From positions 682,001-746,000 of the forward strand of contig JAYWIR010000050.1 in the NCBI GenBank assembly GCA_036172245.1: 64,000 nt of DNA, written 5' to 3'. Under the pieces are notes generated by a model. That model was not told where the DNA came from. It saw only the letters and a list, made by a program, of their open reading frames with translations, and made no database searches. Origin of the DNA: Raillietiella orientalis. Taxonomy: Eukaryota. Made by a program: the position numbers and the translations under genes. This document shows positions 62,331 through 64,000 of this stretch, piece by piece (the first letter of the stretch is position 1; every line of letters starts with the position of its first letter).

Positions 62331-63104
62331 GTCGTCTGCAACAATGCAAGATAACAACCGACCATTGTTGTAGGCGACTCTTTCCCTGTCCGCCGTCCGC
62401 AACAATGCAGGCTAAAAAACGGCGATTGTTGCAGGCGGAGCCGATCCGGATGTTGGTACTCCCTGGTGAGGCTATCCGGCTCGACTTGCCGAGCCAGACC
62501 CGCAGGGCAACGTGACGTCACGCGACCGGAGTGGTAAACCGTGGGCAAGCCGCGTTGGCGCGCTGCCGGAATCGCAGACGGGGATGGAACCGCGTGGGAA
62601 TCCTCTGTTGCATGATCGCGGTCCCGAGGAGCTGCGACACTTCCTGAAAGAAATCACCAGTTCCCTTTTGTTCTGGTGCGGGAGAGCTCGCGGCGACGGA
62701 TGGGGTTCCCGACCTTGGAGGCTCTACGAACGTGGGCGGAATGGCTGCCGTCCCCCTCGATAGATCTTTTCGGAAGAAGAACAGGATTAGTTATCTGAGA
62801 CCCCTACCTGCCGCTCTTTGTATGCCTCAGGTGCGCGCGCGCCATCGGAATAGGGAAAGAGTCGCGATGGCGTGGGAGGGAGGAAGACAGAGGTGAACTA
62901 GAGTCTGGCAATACACGCCGCTGTCAAGGTCGCTGCTGCTGCACCTGGTCGCTGATGAGAATGGAGCTCTGAAGCCGCAAGCAGCTTCCGCGGTGCGCCA
63001 TCGACCGCTGCTGACGCGTCGGTTCCGTCTCGCCGCTGCCCCGAGCGCGCCACCGCCTTCGTCGCCATCCCCCTCCCCCTCCTCCTCCTGCCTTTGTCTT
63101 TCAG

Positions 63105-63202
63105 GGAGAAGCTGGGAGACGAAGGAGTCTGGACGGGAGCCAGCAGCTGGAGAAACGAGAACCTGCTCTCCTGGACGGACGGGAACCCGGTCGTCTTCGC
63201 CC
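63105..63202 (+). CDS. Coding exon 5: C-type lectin core; the gene continues beyond the window
   Basis: Acceptor cctttgtctttcag|G. EKLGDEGVWTGASSWRNENLLSWTDGNPVVFA matches the CTL WIG...W-x-DG motif. Donor C|GTAAGT; phase matches exon 4. Confidence 0.88.
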
Positions 63203-64000
63203 GTAAGTGTCATCGCGGTGGCCCTGCAGGCGGAGGCAGAAGGGGGAAGCCCGCGCCTCAGGTCTTCGGGAAGGAAAGGTCGCAAGCAGTCTCAAGGGGC
63301 AGCAAAGCAAAAGATGCCCTTGCCGCCGTCCTCGTCCCTCCCGCCTTCCGCTGCCGCGGTGGGGTAAGGGGGCTCAGAGTCCCTCCATCCCGGGGTGCCC
63401 GCGGCATCCGTCCGGTCCGCAAGGACGCTCCTCTTCGTAGACGCGTGCCCCACCTCCTTCCCGATGGACCCTACGGGCAACTCCCGGAAAGTCACTCTGG
63501 AAGAGAGAGGAGCACGCGGTTGCTGGAGCAGAGTCTCGAGAACTGCACGAGGTGAAGAGAAGGAAGGAGGAGGAGGAGGAGGAGAAAGAAGGCCCCTGAC
63601 CCGTTCACACCGGAGGGCTCCAGCAAGATGGCGATCAGGAATCATGAGGGATGATCCGAAAGAAATCCGGACTCGCGGTAACGATGGAGACTTTTTCCAG
63701 AGTGCGTGACCGCCACGAAGGCGGAAGTCAGGGAAAGGGGGACTCTCGGTCGCGACTGACTGAAGAAAAGTAGCAAGAGAGTAAAGGGAGGAGGGGGAAG
63801 AGGCAGCATCGTTCGATCTCGCCCTTCCGGAGCGCTCGTTCGGGGGAGCACCGGAAGGCGCTTGCGTTTCCGCTTCGGCATCTCCCTTGTTCGAGGTCAC
63901 GTGACTCGTCTCGGGGGAATGTCTGGCGGGCGGGCGCTGCCGTACTCTGTTCCGCCGCGCCCGCTCACGTGACGGGCGGGCCCGCAGCCCGTTGCACGCT

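Overview
Eukaryotic (invertebrate, probably arthropod-like) genomic DNA. It is GC-rich with abundant CpG and is dominated by decayed transposable elements; nearly all ORFs in the six-frame track are spurious. One host gene can be assembled on the + strand from five phase-compatible GT-AG exons (31995-32223, 42954-43275, 46683-46798, 60463-61381, 63105-63202). It encodes a signal peptide, a probable divergent CUB region, two CUB domains and the start of a C-type lectin domain, and continues past the window end. The rest is mostly 5'-truncated or decayed L1/Tx1-clade LINEs, about 8 copies of an ~820-bp tRNA-headed SINE-like repeat, a mariner 3' end, a Gypsy-like pol remnant and microsatellites. 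The best findings: (1) two LINE copies of different length sit antisense at the same position of the SINE-like repeat, each with a target-site duplication, while three other SINE copies show the empty site, suggesting a SINE-targeting site-specific retrotransposon; (2) seven LINE 3' ends from at least two families end in AATAAA plus a CCCGG-N5-CCGGG hairpin instead of a poly(A) tail; (3) a near-identical 75-bp inverted repeat pair brackets the first coding exon; (4) a four-fold tandem NAG splice acceptor precedes exon 3. All alignments were done by eye, and boundaries of decayed elements are approximate.
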